Source: an uncultured bacterium (GTDB lineage: Bacteria; DYJV01). From it: a stretch of DNA of 64,000 nucleotides. Both the position numbers and the translations under genes were made by a program. The stretch's first letter is position 1. Every line of letters begins with the position of its first letter. Below are positions 42,605 through 51,859 of this stretch, piece by piece. Under the pieces are notes generated by a model that saw only the letters and a program-made list of their open reading frames with translations, did no database searches and had not been told where the DNA came from. The DNA lies in the NCBI GenBank assembly GCA_964492825.1, contig CAZBLP010000002.1, positions 1,801 through 65,800 on the forward strand. Direction: 5' to 3'.

Positions 42605-43081
42605 ATGTTTCAAAAGATAAGTGATTCTCTTAATAAAATAACAGAGATAGTGGTAATGGTTTTAATGGCTGCTATCTCTGTTATAATTTTCGGACAAGTA
42701 GTATGCAGGTATGTATTTAATCATTCTCTTTACTGGTCAGAAGAAGTAGGGAGATACATTTTAGTATGGATAACTTTTTTAGGTGCGTCAGTTGGGGTTA
42801 AGAGATATGCTCATATAGGAATAGATTTTTTATACAATAAAGCCAGAGGCTTTTTTAAAAAAATAATAGATTTTGCAATTGTTATTTTAGGAATTTTTTT
42901 TGCAGGAATTATCTGTTATTTTGGGTATAGATTTTCATATTTTGTAAGATTTCAAAAATCAGCTGCGCTTCTCATGCCTATGACAATCCCTTATGCATCA
43001 ATATGTGTCGGGGGATTTTTAATGTTAATTCATTTTTTTTCAGATTTGATTAAGATTTTCAGGAAAAAGAGAACAAAATGA
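42605..43081 (+). CDS. dctQ: TRAP transporter small permease
   Basis: 158-aa protein with 4 TM helices, in the DctQ position. Confidence 0.8.
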   Translation: MFQKISDSLNKITEIVVMVLMAAISVIIFGQVVCRYVFNHSLYWSEEVGRYILVWITFLGASVGVKRYAHIGIDFLYNKARGFFKKIIDFAIVILGIFFAGIICYFGYRFSYFVRFQKSAALLMPMTIPYASICVGGFLMLIHFFSDLIKIFRKKRTK

Positions 43082-44352
43082 GTACGTTTTTATTTATTTT
43101 TTTAATGTTCTTATTTTTGCTTAATGCGCCCATATTTCTTGCAATAGCAATTTCTTCAATTTTTACTCTTCTATTTTTTACAGATTTTCCTCTGATTATG
43201 GTTACTCAAAGAATGGTTAATGCTGTTGATTCATTTCCTTTAATGGCTGTGCCTCTTTTTATGCTTGCAGGCGCACTTATGGATGTTGGAGGGATTTCAA
43301 AAAGAATAGTTAATTTTGCAGAAGCCCTTGTAGGTTGGCTACCTGGCGGGCTTGCAGCTGTTGCTGTTGTTGCAAGTATGTTTTTTGCCGGTATTTCTGG
43401 TTCTGCTGCTGCTGATACTGCTGCTGTTGGAGCATTGCTTATTCCAGCTATGATTCAAAGGGGATATAAAGACAGCTTCTCAGCGGCTATTCAAGCATCT
43501 GGTGGTTCTATAGGTGTTATTATCCCTCCAAGTATTCCTATGATTATTTATGGGTTTATTACTGGTACATCTATTTCAAAATTATTTGCAGCAGGGATAT
43601 TGCCAGGCATTTTAATGGGAATTTCCCTTATTTTAGTAGCAATTTTTATTTCAATTAAATATGGATATGGAAGTGCAGTGCCTTTTTCCATAAAAAATGT
43701 TTTTAAAACATTTAAAGAAGCTTTTTGGTCACTTGGTGCACCTATTATTATTCTTGGAGGAATTTTAGGAGGTGTTTTTACTGCCACAGAAGCAGCTGCT
43801 GTTGCGGTTATTTACGGATTTATTGTAGGAAAATTTATTTATAAAGAATTAAAATTTAAAAATATGCCAAAGTTATTAATTGAATCTGCTGTACTTGCTT
43901 CAATAATTCTTTTTATTATTGCCACTGCATCTATTTTTGGCTGGATTATTACAATGGAAAACATTCCTCAATTAATTGGTACAAAGATTCTAAGTCTTAC
44001 TCAAAATCCTATTTTAATACTTTTACTGATAAATTTGATTCTACTTATTGCCGGAACTTTTGTTGAAACAACAGTATCTCTTATTTTGCTTGTGCCTATA
44101 ATCATGCCGATTGTACCGAAGCTTGGGATAGATCCTATTCAAATGGGTGTTATAATTGTAACTAATCTTGCTATTGGTATGCTGACACCACCACTTGGTA
44201 TTTGTCTGATAGTGTCTTGTGGTATTTCAAGAAACTCAATTATTGAAGTAAGTAGAGCAATTTTACCATTTCTTTTTGCTCTAATTATAGACCTTTTAAT
44301 AATTTCATATTGGTCGCCAATTACAATGTTTATACCTTCTTTAATGAAATAA
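43078..44352 (+). CDS. dctM: TRAP transporter large permease
   Basis: 424-aa polytopic DctM-family protein. Its start overlaps the dctQ stop. Confidence 0.85.
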   Translation: MSTFLFIFLMFLFLLNAPIFLAIAISSIFTLLFFTDFPLIMVTQRMVNAVDSFPLMAVPLFMLAGALMDVGGISKRIVNFAEALVGWLPGGLAAVAVVASMFFAGISGSAAADTAAVGALLIPAMIQRGYKDSFSAAIQASGGSIGVIIPPSIPMIIYGFITGTSISKLFAAGILPGILMGISLILVAIFISIKYGYGSAVPFSIKNVFKTFKEAFWSLGAPIIILGGILGGVFTATEAAAVAVIYGFIVGKFIYKELKFKNMPKLLIESAVLASIILFIIATASIFGWIITMENIPQLIGTKILSLTQNPILILLLINLILLIAGTFVETTVSLILLVPIIMPIVPKLGIDPIQMGVIIVTNLAIGMLTPPLGICLIVSCGISRNSIIEVSRAILPFLFALIIDLLIISYWSPITMFIPSLMK

Positions 44353-44370
44353 ATTAATAACCTTTGTTTT

Positions 44371-44949
44371 TTAAAACTCAAAAGACTCTCTTTCTTGTAA
44401 ATCGTGCATCATAATTGTCACATCGTATGTTTTACCAGTATCAGTCATAAAGTAATCTTCAAGATCGCATTTTCTGGAAAAACCTAATCTTCTAAATGAT
44501 TTTATTAATTTATAATGTTCTGAAATTATCTCTGCAATTATAAATTTTAAACCTAATTCCTTAGCTATTTTAATCTGGGATTTTACGAGATATGAACCTA
44601 ATCCAATACCCCTAAAATCTTTATCTAAAAAAATTCTAATTTCAGCCATATGTCTTTTTGATTTAGTCATAAAATGTAAGGTGGTATTACCTACTATTTT
44701 ATTTTCATATTGAGCAATAATTGGCAAAACCTTTAAAAAATCAATTTCACTATACCATCTTTCAACAGTTTCTTTATTTTTTACTTTATCTTTTAAAAAT
44801 ATCATATCAGATTCATCTGCTCTTTGAAATAATTCATAAACCATTTCTTTATCTTTATCAATTGTAGGTCTGATAATAACTTTTTTATAATTACTAAGTG
44901 TAACAAATTCTCTGAATTGTTTTATACGCTTCTTCATTTTAACCTCCAA
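44371..44949 (-). CDS. GNAT-family N-acetyltransferase
   Basis: …IFLDKDFRGIGLGSYLV… acetyl-CoA binding motif. Confidence 0.7.
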   Translation of the reverse strand: MEVKMKKRIKQFREFVTLSNYKKVIIRPTIDKDKEMVYELFQRADESDMIFLKDKVKNKETVERWYSEIDFLKVLPIIAQYENKIVGNTTLHFMTKSKRHMAEIRIFLDKDFRGIGLGSYLVKSQIKIAKELGLKFIIAEIISEHYKLIKSFRRLGFSRKCDLEDYFMTDTGKTYDVTIMMHDLQERESFEF

Positions 44950-44990
44950 ATTGAACTTTTACTATATTTTACTATCATTTATTGCGAATA

Positions 44991-45021
44991 TTATCAATAA
45001 AAAATAAAAATTTATTGATAA
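44991..45021. promoter_or_regulatory. Putative LysR-type operator (perfect 11-bp inverted repeat)
   Basis: TTATCAATAAA-N9-TTTATTGATAA contains a T-N11-A core and lies in the GNAT / lysR divergent intergenic region. Confidence 0.4.
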
Positions 45022-45048
45022 ATTTACAAATATTTTATAATAAAAAGA

Positions 45049-45933
45049 ATGCTTTTAAAATGGCTTGAGACTTTTATTAGATTGTCTGAAAATAGGAATT
45101 TTTCAAAAACTGCAAAAGAGCTGTATTTAACTCAGCCTACAATTAGTAATCAAATAGCTCAACTGGAAAAAGAACTTGATGTGGTTTTAATAAATCGAAA
45201 TTATAAGAAATTCTCACTTACAAAAGCAGGTGAAATTCTATATTTCCATTCAATTAAAATTTTAAAGGATGTGGAAGTTTTAAAAGCATCTATTGACAAT
45301 CTTAAGGGGCTTAAAGAAGGTGAAATTCTAATTGGTGCAAGTACTTTGCCTGGAGAATATATTCTTCCTAAGATAATTTATTCCTTTAAAGAAAAATATC
45401 CTGAAATTATTATTAATTTAAGTATAAAAGATAGTTTTAAATGTATAGAAGAACTTAAAAACGGGAAAATAGAATTTGCTGTAGTGGGATTCAAAAATTA
45501 TGATAATACTTTGAATTTTTATGAACTATTTGATGATGAAATTATTTTTATTCATAATAAAAAAGGGGAGAGTTTTTATATATCAGATTTAAAAAAATTA
45601 TCTATTATTACACGAGAATATGGCTCAGGTACAATCTCCGTAGTAAGGGAATTTTTCAAAAGTAAAAATTTTTCATATGATTCCTTAAATTTCATTGCAA
45701 AATTAGGTAGTTTGAATGCAGTCAAAGAGATGGTAAAAGCAGGTCTTGGATATGCTTTTATTAGTAAAATATCAGTAAAAGAAGAGTTGAAAGATAAAAA
45801 ATTATACGAGGCTAAAATTCAAGAAGTAACTCCTATTTTCAGAAGATTTTATATTGTTACATCTAAAAATTTATCACTATCTCCTGCAAGCAAAAACTTT
45901 ATTGAAGTTTTGAAAAAAACATTTTCAAATTAA
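45049..45933 (+). CDS. LysR-family transcriptional regulator
   Basis: N-terminal HTH (…FSKTAKELYLTQPTISNQIAQLEKEL…) and LysR substrate-binding domain. Confidence 0.85.
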   Translation: MLLKWLETFIRLSENRNFSKTAKELYLTQPTISNQIAQLEKELDVVLINRNYKKFSLTKAGEILYFHSIKILKDVEVLKASIDNLKGLKEGEILIGASTLPGEYILPKIIYSFKEKYPEIIINLSIKDSFKCIEELKNGKIEFAVVGFKNYDNTLNFYELFDDEIIFIHNKKGESFYISDLKKLSIITREYGSGTISVVREFFKSKNFSYDSLNFIAKLGSLNAVKEMVKAGLGYAFISKISVKEELKDKKLYEAKIQEVTPIFRRFYIVTSKNLSLSPASKNFIEVLKKTFSN

Positions 45934-46026
45934 TATTTATTATTAAAACGCCAATTCTACAAATGCATTATTAATTCTTCTGCCTTTTAATTTGACTTAA
46001 TATGTAAAGATTGTTATAAAAATTTC

Positions 46027-46917
46027 ATGAAAAATAAAAAGTTTCTAACAACTTCAGAAGTGTCTGAACTGTTAAATATAAATGAAAAAAAGATCTATAT
46101 TCTTGCTCAAGAAGGGATTATTCCTGCTACAAAAATTACTGGAAAGTGGCTTTTTCCATATGATGAACTGGTATATTTCCTTAGATATGAGTCTTTAAAA
46201 AATCTTAAAAAAGGTATAACTTTTTCTCTATTAGAAAATAATATTTTAATTGGCGCAGGCTCAGATGACCCGATTTTATCAAAAATTTTCAATCATTTTT
46301 ATAATTTTTCAAAAACTACTTTATTTTATTCAACAGTTGGTAGCAAAAATGGAGTTAATATGTTGAAAAATAAGGTTGTTCATTTTGCATTCAGCCATTT
46401 GTACGATTTTAAAAAAAATGAATTTAATCTTCCATATTTAAAAGATATTTTTACAAATAACGACTATGTTGTTATAAATCTTTTTCATAGAGATATAGGA
46501 GTTGTTTCAAGCTTTGAGTTTTCTAATTTAGAAGAATTAAATAAAAAAAATTTAACCTTTATTTTACGTCAAAAGGGTTCTGGCATAAGAAATATAACTG
46601 AGAATATATTTGAGTCTGATAAATTGAAAAGAGTTGCTTTTAAATTTTTCCCTAATGAAGTTACAACTCATATTGAAGTTGCAAATCTTGTTAAAAACAA
46701 CAAAGAGTTTATTGGAATTACAACAAAATCAACAGCAAAAATTTTTGACCTATATTTTCATAAAATTTTTAAGGAAAGGTTTGATTTAATAACTTTAAAA
46801 GAATACTTTTTTAATAAAATATTTCAGCAATTTTATAATTTTATAATTGAAAAATTAAAAAAAGAACTTTCACCTGAAGGATACGATTTTAAAGAATGTG
46901 GTAAGATTATTATTTAA
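46027..46917 (+). CDS. HTH (excisionase/MerR-type) DNA-binding protein fused to a PBP-like ligand-binding domain
   Basis: N-terminus …LTTSEVSELLNINEKKIYILAQEGIIPATKITGKWLF… (HTH_17-like), followed by a periplasmic-binding-protein-like fold. Confidence 0.5.
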   Translation: MKNKKFLTTSEVSELLNINEKKIYILAQEGIIPATKITGKWLFPYDELVYFLRYESLKNLKKGITFSLLENNILIGAGSDDPILSKIFNHFYNFSKTTLFYSTVGSKNGVNMLKNKVVHFAFSHLYDFKKNEFNLPYLKDIFTNNDYVVINLFHRDIGVVSSFEFSNLEELNKKNLTFILRQKGSGIRNITENIFESDKLKRVAFKFFPNEVTTHIEVANLVKNNKEFIGITTKSTAKIFDLYFHKIFKERFDLITLKEYFFNKIFQQFYNFIIEKLKKELSPEGYDFKECGKIII

Positions 46918-46937
46918 AATATGAAAAAGGAGTTTTT

Positions 46938-47498
46938 ATGGGAAATATAGCCCTATTAATAATTGATATGCAAAACGACTTTGCAGGACCTGGTTGTCAT
47001 GCTAATAAAGTTATACCAAATGTAAAGAAATTGCTTGAATTTTTCAGAGCAAAAAAACTATCAATCTTTCACATATACAGAGAATACAGGGCAGATGCCT
47101 CCGATATTGAACTTTTTAGACTTGACAGATTTGTGAATGAAAAAAAGATATGTGTCCCTGGTACATTTGGAGCGGAAATTGTTGAGGAATTAAAACCTCT
47201 TGAAAATGAATATAGAATTGTAAAAAACAGATTCAGTGCTTTTATGAATACAGAGCTTGATTTTATTTTAAGAAGATTAAATATTAATCATATTGTAATA
47301 TCCGGTACTCAATATCCTAATTGTATTAGGACAACTGCTTTTGACGGAGTGTGTTACGATTATAAAGTTACTGTAGTTACTGATGCCACATCTGCGGAAA
47401 CAGAAGAGATAAAGCAGGCAAATATCATAGATATGAAAAATATAGGAATTTCTTGTATATCTCTTGAAGATATAATGAATAATCTTAAAGATTATTAA
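46938..47498 (+). CDS. Isochorismatase-family cysteine hydrolase
   Basis: …ALLIIDMQNDF… N-terminal motif, catalytic Cys context (…GTQYPNCIRTTAFD…). Confidence 0.75.
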   Translation: MGNIALLIIDMQNDFAGPGCHANKVIPNVKKLLEFFRAKKLSIFHIYREYRADASDIELFRLDRFVNEKKICVPGTFGAEIVEELKPLENEYRIVKNRFSAFMNTELDFILRRLNINHIVISGTQYPNCIRTTAFDGVCYDYKVTVVTDATSAETEEIKQANIIDMKNIGISCISLEDIMNNLKDY

Positions 47499-48231
47499 CA
47501 GGAAGGTATTCAAGATTAACATTTCTTACTGAATTTGCAATATTTTTTTTAACTTTTTTATTTTCTTTATAAAGAGAATTAATAAAATTTTTTATTATTT
47601 CCCTGTTTTTACTTTTGCCTCTGTATGTGCATTTTTTTTCTATAATCGGTAATTCATTGATTTTTACATACTTTAATATCTGCTCTTCTGTTAAATATAT
47701 TAATGGCCTTATAATATTCAAACCTCCTTTAAAAAGAGATTGCTTGGGAAGCATTGTGCTAATATTACCGCTGAAAATTATATTTAAGAGCAGGGTTTCA
47801 TTCATATCATCCATATTATGTCCAAGAGCAAGTTTGTTGCATTTAAGCTGGTATGCAAGGTCAAAAAAGATTTTTCTTCTTATTTTGGAACATACAAAAC
47901 AGGGGTTTTCTTTGCTTTTTTCAGATATTACAAATTCTTTAATATTAACTGTTTTTATAATAACATTACAGTTGTAGTAATCTTTAAAAAATTTTTCTAC
48001 CTCTCTTAAGGTTTCGGAAAATTCACCATTATATACAAATACTGGTATAAGTTCGTAATCTATAGGCACAAAACTTTTTCTTTTAAACAAAGTGTCAAAA
48101 AGAGCGAGACTGTCCTTGCCTCCTGAAAATCCTACAAGAATCCTATCGTTGTTTTTGAGCATTTTAAAATCATTAATTGCTTTGCCAACAGTGGCTCTGA
48201 AATTTTTTAAAAAATAATTTTCTTTACTCAT
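47485..48231 (-). CDS. ttcA: tRNA 2-thiocytidine(32) synthetase-like PP-loop ATPase (TtcA family)
   Basis: PP-loop GFSGGKDS, CxxC (CFVCSK) and …LALGHNMDD… motifs. Confidence 0.7.
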   Translation of the reverse strand: MSKENYFLKNFRATVGKAINDFKMLKNNDRILVGFSGGKDSLALFDTLFKRKSFVPIDYELIPVFVYNGEFSETLREVEKFFKDYYNCNVIIKTVNIKEFVISEKSKENPCFVCSKIRRKIFFDLAYQLKCNKLALGHNMDDMNETLLLNIIFSGNISTMLPKQSLFKGGLNIIRPLIYLTEEQILKYVKINELPIIEKKCTYRGKSKNREIIKNFINSLYKENKKVKKNIANSVRNVNLEYLPVNNL

Positions 48232-49012
48232 TGAATATAGATGGAGAGAATATAAGGCTATCTTCCATTGTTTTTATAAAATTTAAACAATTTTGAATAT
48301 TAACATCGAAAATATTAACCAGACTGAAATCTATCCCTTTTGAATATGCCATTGATAAATATAAAGCATCAAGTTTTTTAATGCTTCTGTTTTTACCTGT
48401 TGAACCAGTAGTGAGATTTGAAAATCCCATTATAGTCCTGATTTCAGGTGAAATAGCATCTTTTACAATTGTTAGAAAATCAAGATTATTTTGGTTATAT
48501 TTCCCGCCATTTTCCCAGCCTAACGGTGCTACTATGGGATCGAGAATTATTTTATCAAAACTTAGACCATTTTCTAAGAATATATTTACAATATCTGTGG
48601 CTAAGATTATTTTATCATCAATTGTTAATGGGATATGATTATCCATTACAAGAGCAATAACATCCAAATTATTTTCAACAGCAATGGGTAAAATTTTATC
48701 AAATTTTTTACTGTCCATGGAAAATGAATTTAATATAGGCTCTGTTTTGCAATATTTTAAACATTCAAGTATGGATTCCCTATTTACAGTATCAATAACT
48801 ACTTTAAAATCATTAACCTCATACATAGTCTTAAATATAAACTTTACTATTTCAGATATCTCTTTTTTTATCTGTCCCAAATTAATATCAATATAATCAG
48901 AAAACAGCTGACATTTTTCAAAAAAATCATAGAAAAAACTTTTATTTTTTGTTTTGATATTTTGAAAAATAATTGGATTTGATAAAGTTAAATTATCTGT
49001 TACAACAAGCAT
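48224..49012 (-). CDS. Pterin-binding (DHPS-fold) protein, MeTr/AcsE-like methyltetrahydrofolate:corrinoid methyltransferase family
   Basis: 262 aa. MLVVTDNL…DINLG…VIDTVN…ILNSFS…ILDPIVAPLG…GFSNLTTG follows the same order as the AcsE/MtrH pterin-binding signatures. It overlaps ttcA by 8 nt. Confidence 0.5.
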   Translation of the reverse strand: MLVVTDNLTLSNPIIFQNIKTKNKSFFYDFFEKCQLFSDYIDINLGQIKKEISEIVKFIFKTMYEVNDFKVVIDTVNRESILECLKYCKTEPILNSFSMDSKKFDKILPIAVENNLDVIALVMDNHIPLTIDDKIILATDIVNIFLENGLSFDKIILDPIVAPLGWENGGKYNQNNLDFLTIVKDAISPEIRTIMGFSNLTTGSTGKNRSIKKLDALYLSMAYSKGIDFSLVNIFDVNIQNCLNFIKTMEDSLIFSPSIFNE

Positions 49013-49099
49013 ACTTGAACCTTTTGGGAATAAATATTTATAAAATTTCTGTTTCCAGTTGAAAGCTATATAAGGTTTTTGAATGTTCTATAAGTAAAA

Positions 49100-49135
49100 A
49101 AAAAGCAAAAGGTGTATTACCACCTTTTGCCTAAA
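49100..49135 (-). terminator. Rho-independent terminator after slyD
   Basis: GCAAAAGGTGGTAATACACCTTTTGC hairpin followed by a run of 9 U on the minus strand. Confidence 0.6.
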
Positions 49136-49158
49136 ACACAGGTTTTATAATAAAATTA

Positions 49159-49662
49159 TTAACAGCCTGAACATCCGCTACAATCGGTAGGGCTACATGA
49201 TGTAGCAAAGCCTAAAAGCTGAGCAATTTCCTTTTCATCTGCTGCTGAGACATCAGTAATTTTTACTTCAAATTTTAATGTTTTTCCTGCTAAAGGATGA
49301 TTAAAATCAGCTGTTACTTCTCCGTTTTCAACTGCTGTTATCATAAACTGCATAGGTCTTCCTTCATTATCAGTCACTTCATATACCTGGCCAAGATCTA
49401 AATTACTTCCTTCAGGAAATCTGTCAACAGGAATTCTTTGAATAAGGTCTTCCCTCTTTTCGCCATATCCTTCGGTAGGTGCTACTTCAAAAGATTTTTC
49501 TTCATTTACACTCATTCCTTCCAAATTTTTCTCTACACCTGGAATAACCTGTGAATAACCATAGATAAAAGTAAAAGGCATATCTTTACTTTCATCCACC
49601 AAATTGCCATCTACAAACAATTTGTAATCAAATGCAACTTTCATGTTTTTACTAACTTTCAT
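49159..49662 (-). CDS. slyD: FKBP-type peptidyl-prolyl isomerase SlyD with Cys-rich metal-binding tail
   Basis: FKBP domain with IF insert. C-terminal …CSPTDCSGCSGC. Confidence 0.85.
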   Translation of the reverse strand: MKVSKNMKVAFDYKLFVDGNLVDESKDMPFTFIYGYSQVIPGVEKNLEGMSVNEEKSFEVAPTEGYGEKREDLIQRIPVDRFPEGSNLDLGQVYEVTDNEGRPMQFMITAVENGEVTADFNHPLAGKTLKFEVKITDVSAADEKEIAQLLGFATSCSPTDCSGCSGC

Positions 49663-50179
49663 TCTTTCTCCTTAAATTTTATTCTTAGCAATATTTCATC
49701 TGCTACATCTTCAATGCTTTTAAAGTCACATGAGATGACAATGTTTGCTATTGAATTATAGCAGGAATGCCTCTTTTCAAAAAGACCGGATTTTAGTCTG
49801 AGAGGCCTGTTTATATCATTAAAAATTCTTTTAATCAATACATTTTTTGAATTTTTTAAATAAATTATTATACCTAATTTTTTTAAATAAGATTTTTCTT
49901 TTAAATAAAAGGGTAATCCTCCTCCTGTTGATATTACATTATTTGTAATTTTTTTTTTATAAGTTGTTCTGCTAATGTTTTTTCAAGGATTCTGAAATAA
50001 TTCTCACCGTAAACTCTAAAAATTTCAGAAATAGAAATATTTAAGTTATGTTCAATATAAGTATCAGTATCAAAAAACTCGTAATTTAATTTTGAAGCTA
50101 AACATTTACCAACAGAACTCTTGCCAGAGCCCATATATCCAATTAAAACAATATTTCTTTGGTTTGAAAAATTATACAT
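49659..50179 (-). pseudogene. aroK: Shikimate kinase interrupted at an A10 homopolymer (frameshift, or transcriptional/translational slippage)
   Basis: The N-terminal 81-aa ORF carries Walker A GYMGSGKSS and DTD. After the A10 run (49949-49958) the -1 frame continues …NVISTGGGLPFYL…INRPLL…DVADEILLRIKFKEKE and stops at the TGA overlapping the slyD ATG. One extra A restores a 173-aa shikimate kinase. Confidence 0.7.
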
Positions 50180-50200
50180 TTTTGATTTTTAAGTTTGAAC

Positions 50201-51856
50201 CTATTTTAGTTCTTTTAAATATTTGTAGAAAACATAACCTTTTATACCTTTGAAATCAATATAATACCATGGTCTGTCTTTTCGCTGGAGTATTTTAACA
50301 ATTCTACCTTTTTTTAGAATAGAGAGTACTTTTGAACTGAGAAGAGGTTTTTGCCTGACTTTTAAATTTTTTACAACCTTAGCTTTATTTAAATTATCGC
50401 CTGACTTAACAGGATGTTTTTCATTTGCTTTTTTTTCTTCTTGAAATTTTTTTACAATTTTTTCTTGCTCAAAATTTACCAAACTTCTTTCAACAACATG
50501 TGGAGTAATAAATATGAGAAGTTCGCCTTTTATATTTGATTTTATATTATTTTTAAATAAAAAACCCACTATTGGCAAGTCAGAAAAAAATGGAACAGAG
50601 TCTTGACCTTTAGTCTCAGCATTTGATATTATGCCGCCTATTACAGCAGTTTCTCCGTTTTTTAAAAGGAGTTTGGTTTTAACTTCCTGAGTATTAATTG
50701 CGGGACCGTCAGTGGTTTGCTGGCCTATTGAATCTTTTGAAAGACTGAGATCAAGAAGTACCATTTTGTTAGGAGTAATATGAGGTGTTACCTCTAATTT
50801 TAATTTAGCATCTTTAAATTCTGTTTTTGTGCCTTGATCACTAACTGTTTTGTAAGGAATTTCTTGACCTTGCTCAATAACAGCTTTTTCATTGTCAAGT
50901 GCTATTACTTTAGGCGATGAAATTTCTTTAGCCATGTTTTTTGATTTTAAAGCAGTTAATTTAACAGATAAATTATAGTAACCCCATTTGCCGAAAATTA
51001 ACCCCAGCCCACCAACAGGAGACTGAACTGTTGGGGCATTAACAACATAATTACCTGGGATTGAGACAGCTGTATAATTTGTTGTTTTTTGGCTGGTCCC
51101 TGGAGGTTGAATGCTTGTTGTTGGATTGGTTATATCGGTGCTTCCAGTAGAGCCTCCTGTAATACCATAAAAGAAATCTTTGGATGTTATTCTCTGAACA
51201 AAAGAGCCACCCCATTGTATACCAAGTTCTTTGGAAGCAGTGTTTTTAATAACTATAATTTTGGCTTCTATTATAACTTGAGGTGTAGGCTTGTCGAGGA
51301 TTTTAATGACTTTTTCGATTTCTTTCATATTTTTTTCAATATCAGTTATAATAAAAGAATTTGTCCTTGTATCTGAAATCAATTTTCCTCTGCTGGAAAG
51401 AAGAGAACTAATATTGCTGTTGATATCTGATACTTTTGCAAAGTTAACGTTAATTATTTTAGTGTATAATGGTGCTAATTCTTTTTTTCTTTCCTTTTCT
51501 TTAATCTTTTCAAGCTCTTTCCTTTTCTTTTCATCCTGTTTTTTTTGGATATATTCTTTGCTTACAATCCTAACAACATTGCCGTCTTCTATTTTTTCAA
51601 GATTTTTCATGTTTAAGATAATTTTAAGTGCTTGATCCCATGGAACGTTTTTAAGTCTTATTGTTATTGTGCCTTTAACATCTTCGTCAATTAAAAAATT
51701 TTTGTTCTCATATTCTGCAAATAACATTAAAACATTTTTAAGATCAGCATCTTTAAAAACAAGGCTGACTTTTTCTCCTTTGTAATTGCCAGAATAAGCA
51801 AGAGTAGTGTATGATAACAGAAAAATCATTAAGATTTTTAAAATTAGTTTAAACAT
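50201..51856 (-). CDS. pilQ: Type IV pilus secretin PilQ with C-terminal SH3b-like extension
   Basis: Secretin core (…LLLKNGETAVIGGI…VPFFSDLPIVGFLF…LLIFITPHVV). An extra roughly 70-aa C-terminal segment follows (…VKNLKVRQKPLLSSKVLSILKKGRIVKILQRKDRPWYYIDFKGIKGYVFYKYL). Confidence 0.85.
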   Translation of the reverse strand: MFKLILKILMIFLLSYTTLAYSGNYKGEKVSLVFKDADLKNVLMLFAEYENKNFLIDEDVKGTITIRLKNVPWDQALKIILNMKNLEKIEDGNVVRIVSKEYIQKKQDEKKRKELEKIKEKERKKELAPLYTKIINVNFAKVSDINSNISSLLSSRGKLISDTRTNSFIITDIEKNMKEIEKVIKILDKPTPQVIIEAKIIVIKNTASKELGIQWGGSFVQRITSKDFFYGITGGSTGSTDITNPTTSIQPPGTSQKTTNYTAVSIPGNYVVNAPTVQSPVGGLGLIFGKWGYYNLSVKLTALKSKNMAKEISSPKVIALDNEKAVIEQGQEIPYKTVSDQGTKTEFKDAKLKLEVTPHITPNKMVLLDLSLSKDSIGQQTTDGPAINTQEVKTKLLLKNGETAVIGGIISNAETKGQDSVPFFSDLPIVGFLFKNNIKSNIKGELLIFITPHVVERSLVNFEQEKIVKKFQEEKKANEKHPVKSGDNLNKAKVVKNLKVRQKPLLSSKVLSILKKGRIVKILQRKDRPWYYIDFKGIKGYVFYKYLKELK

Positions 51857-51859
51857 TAG

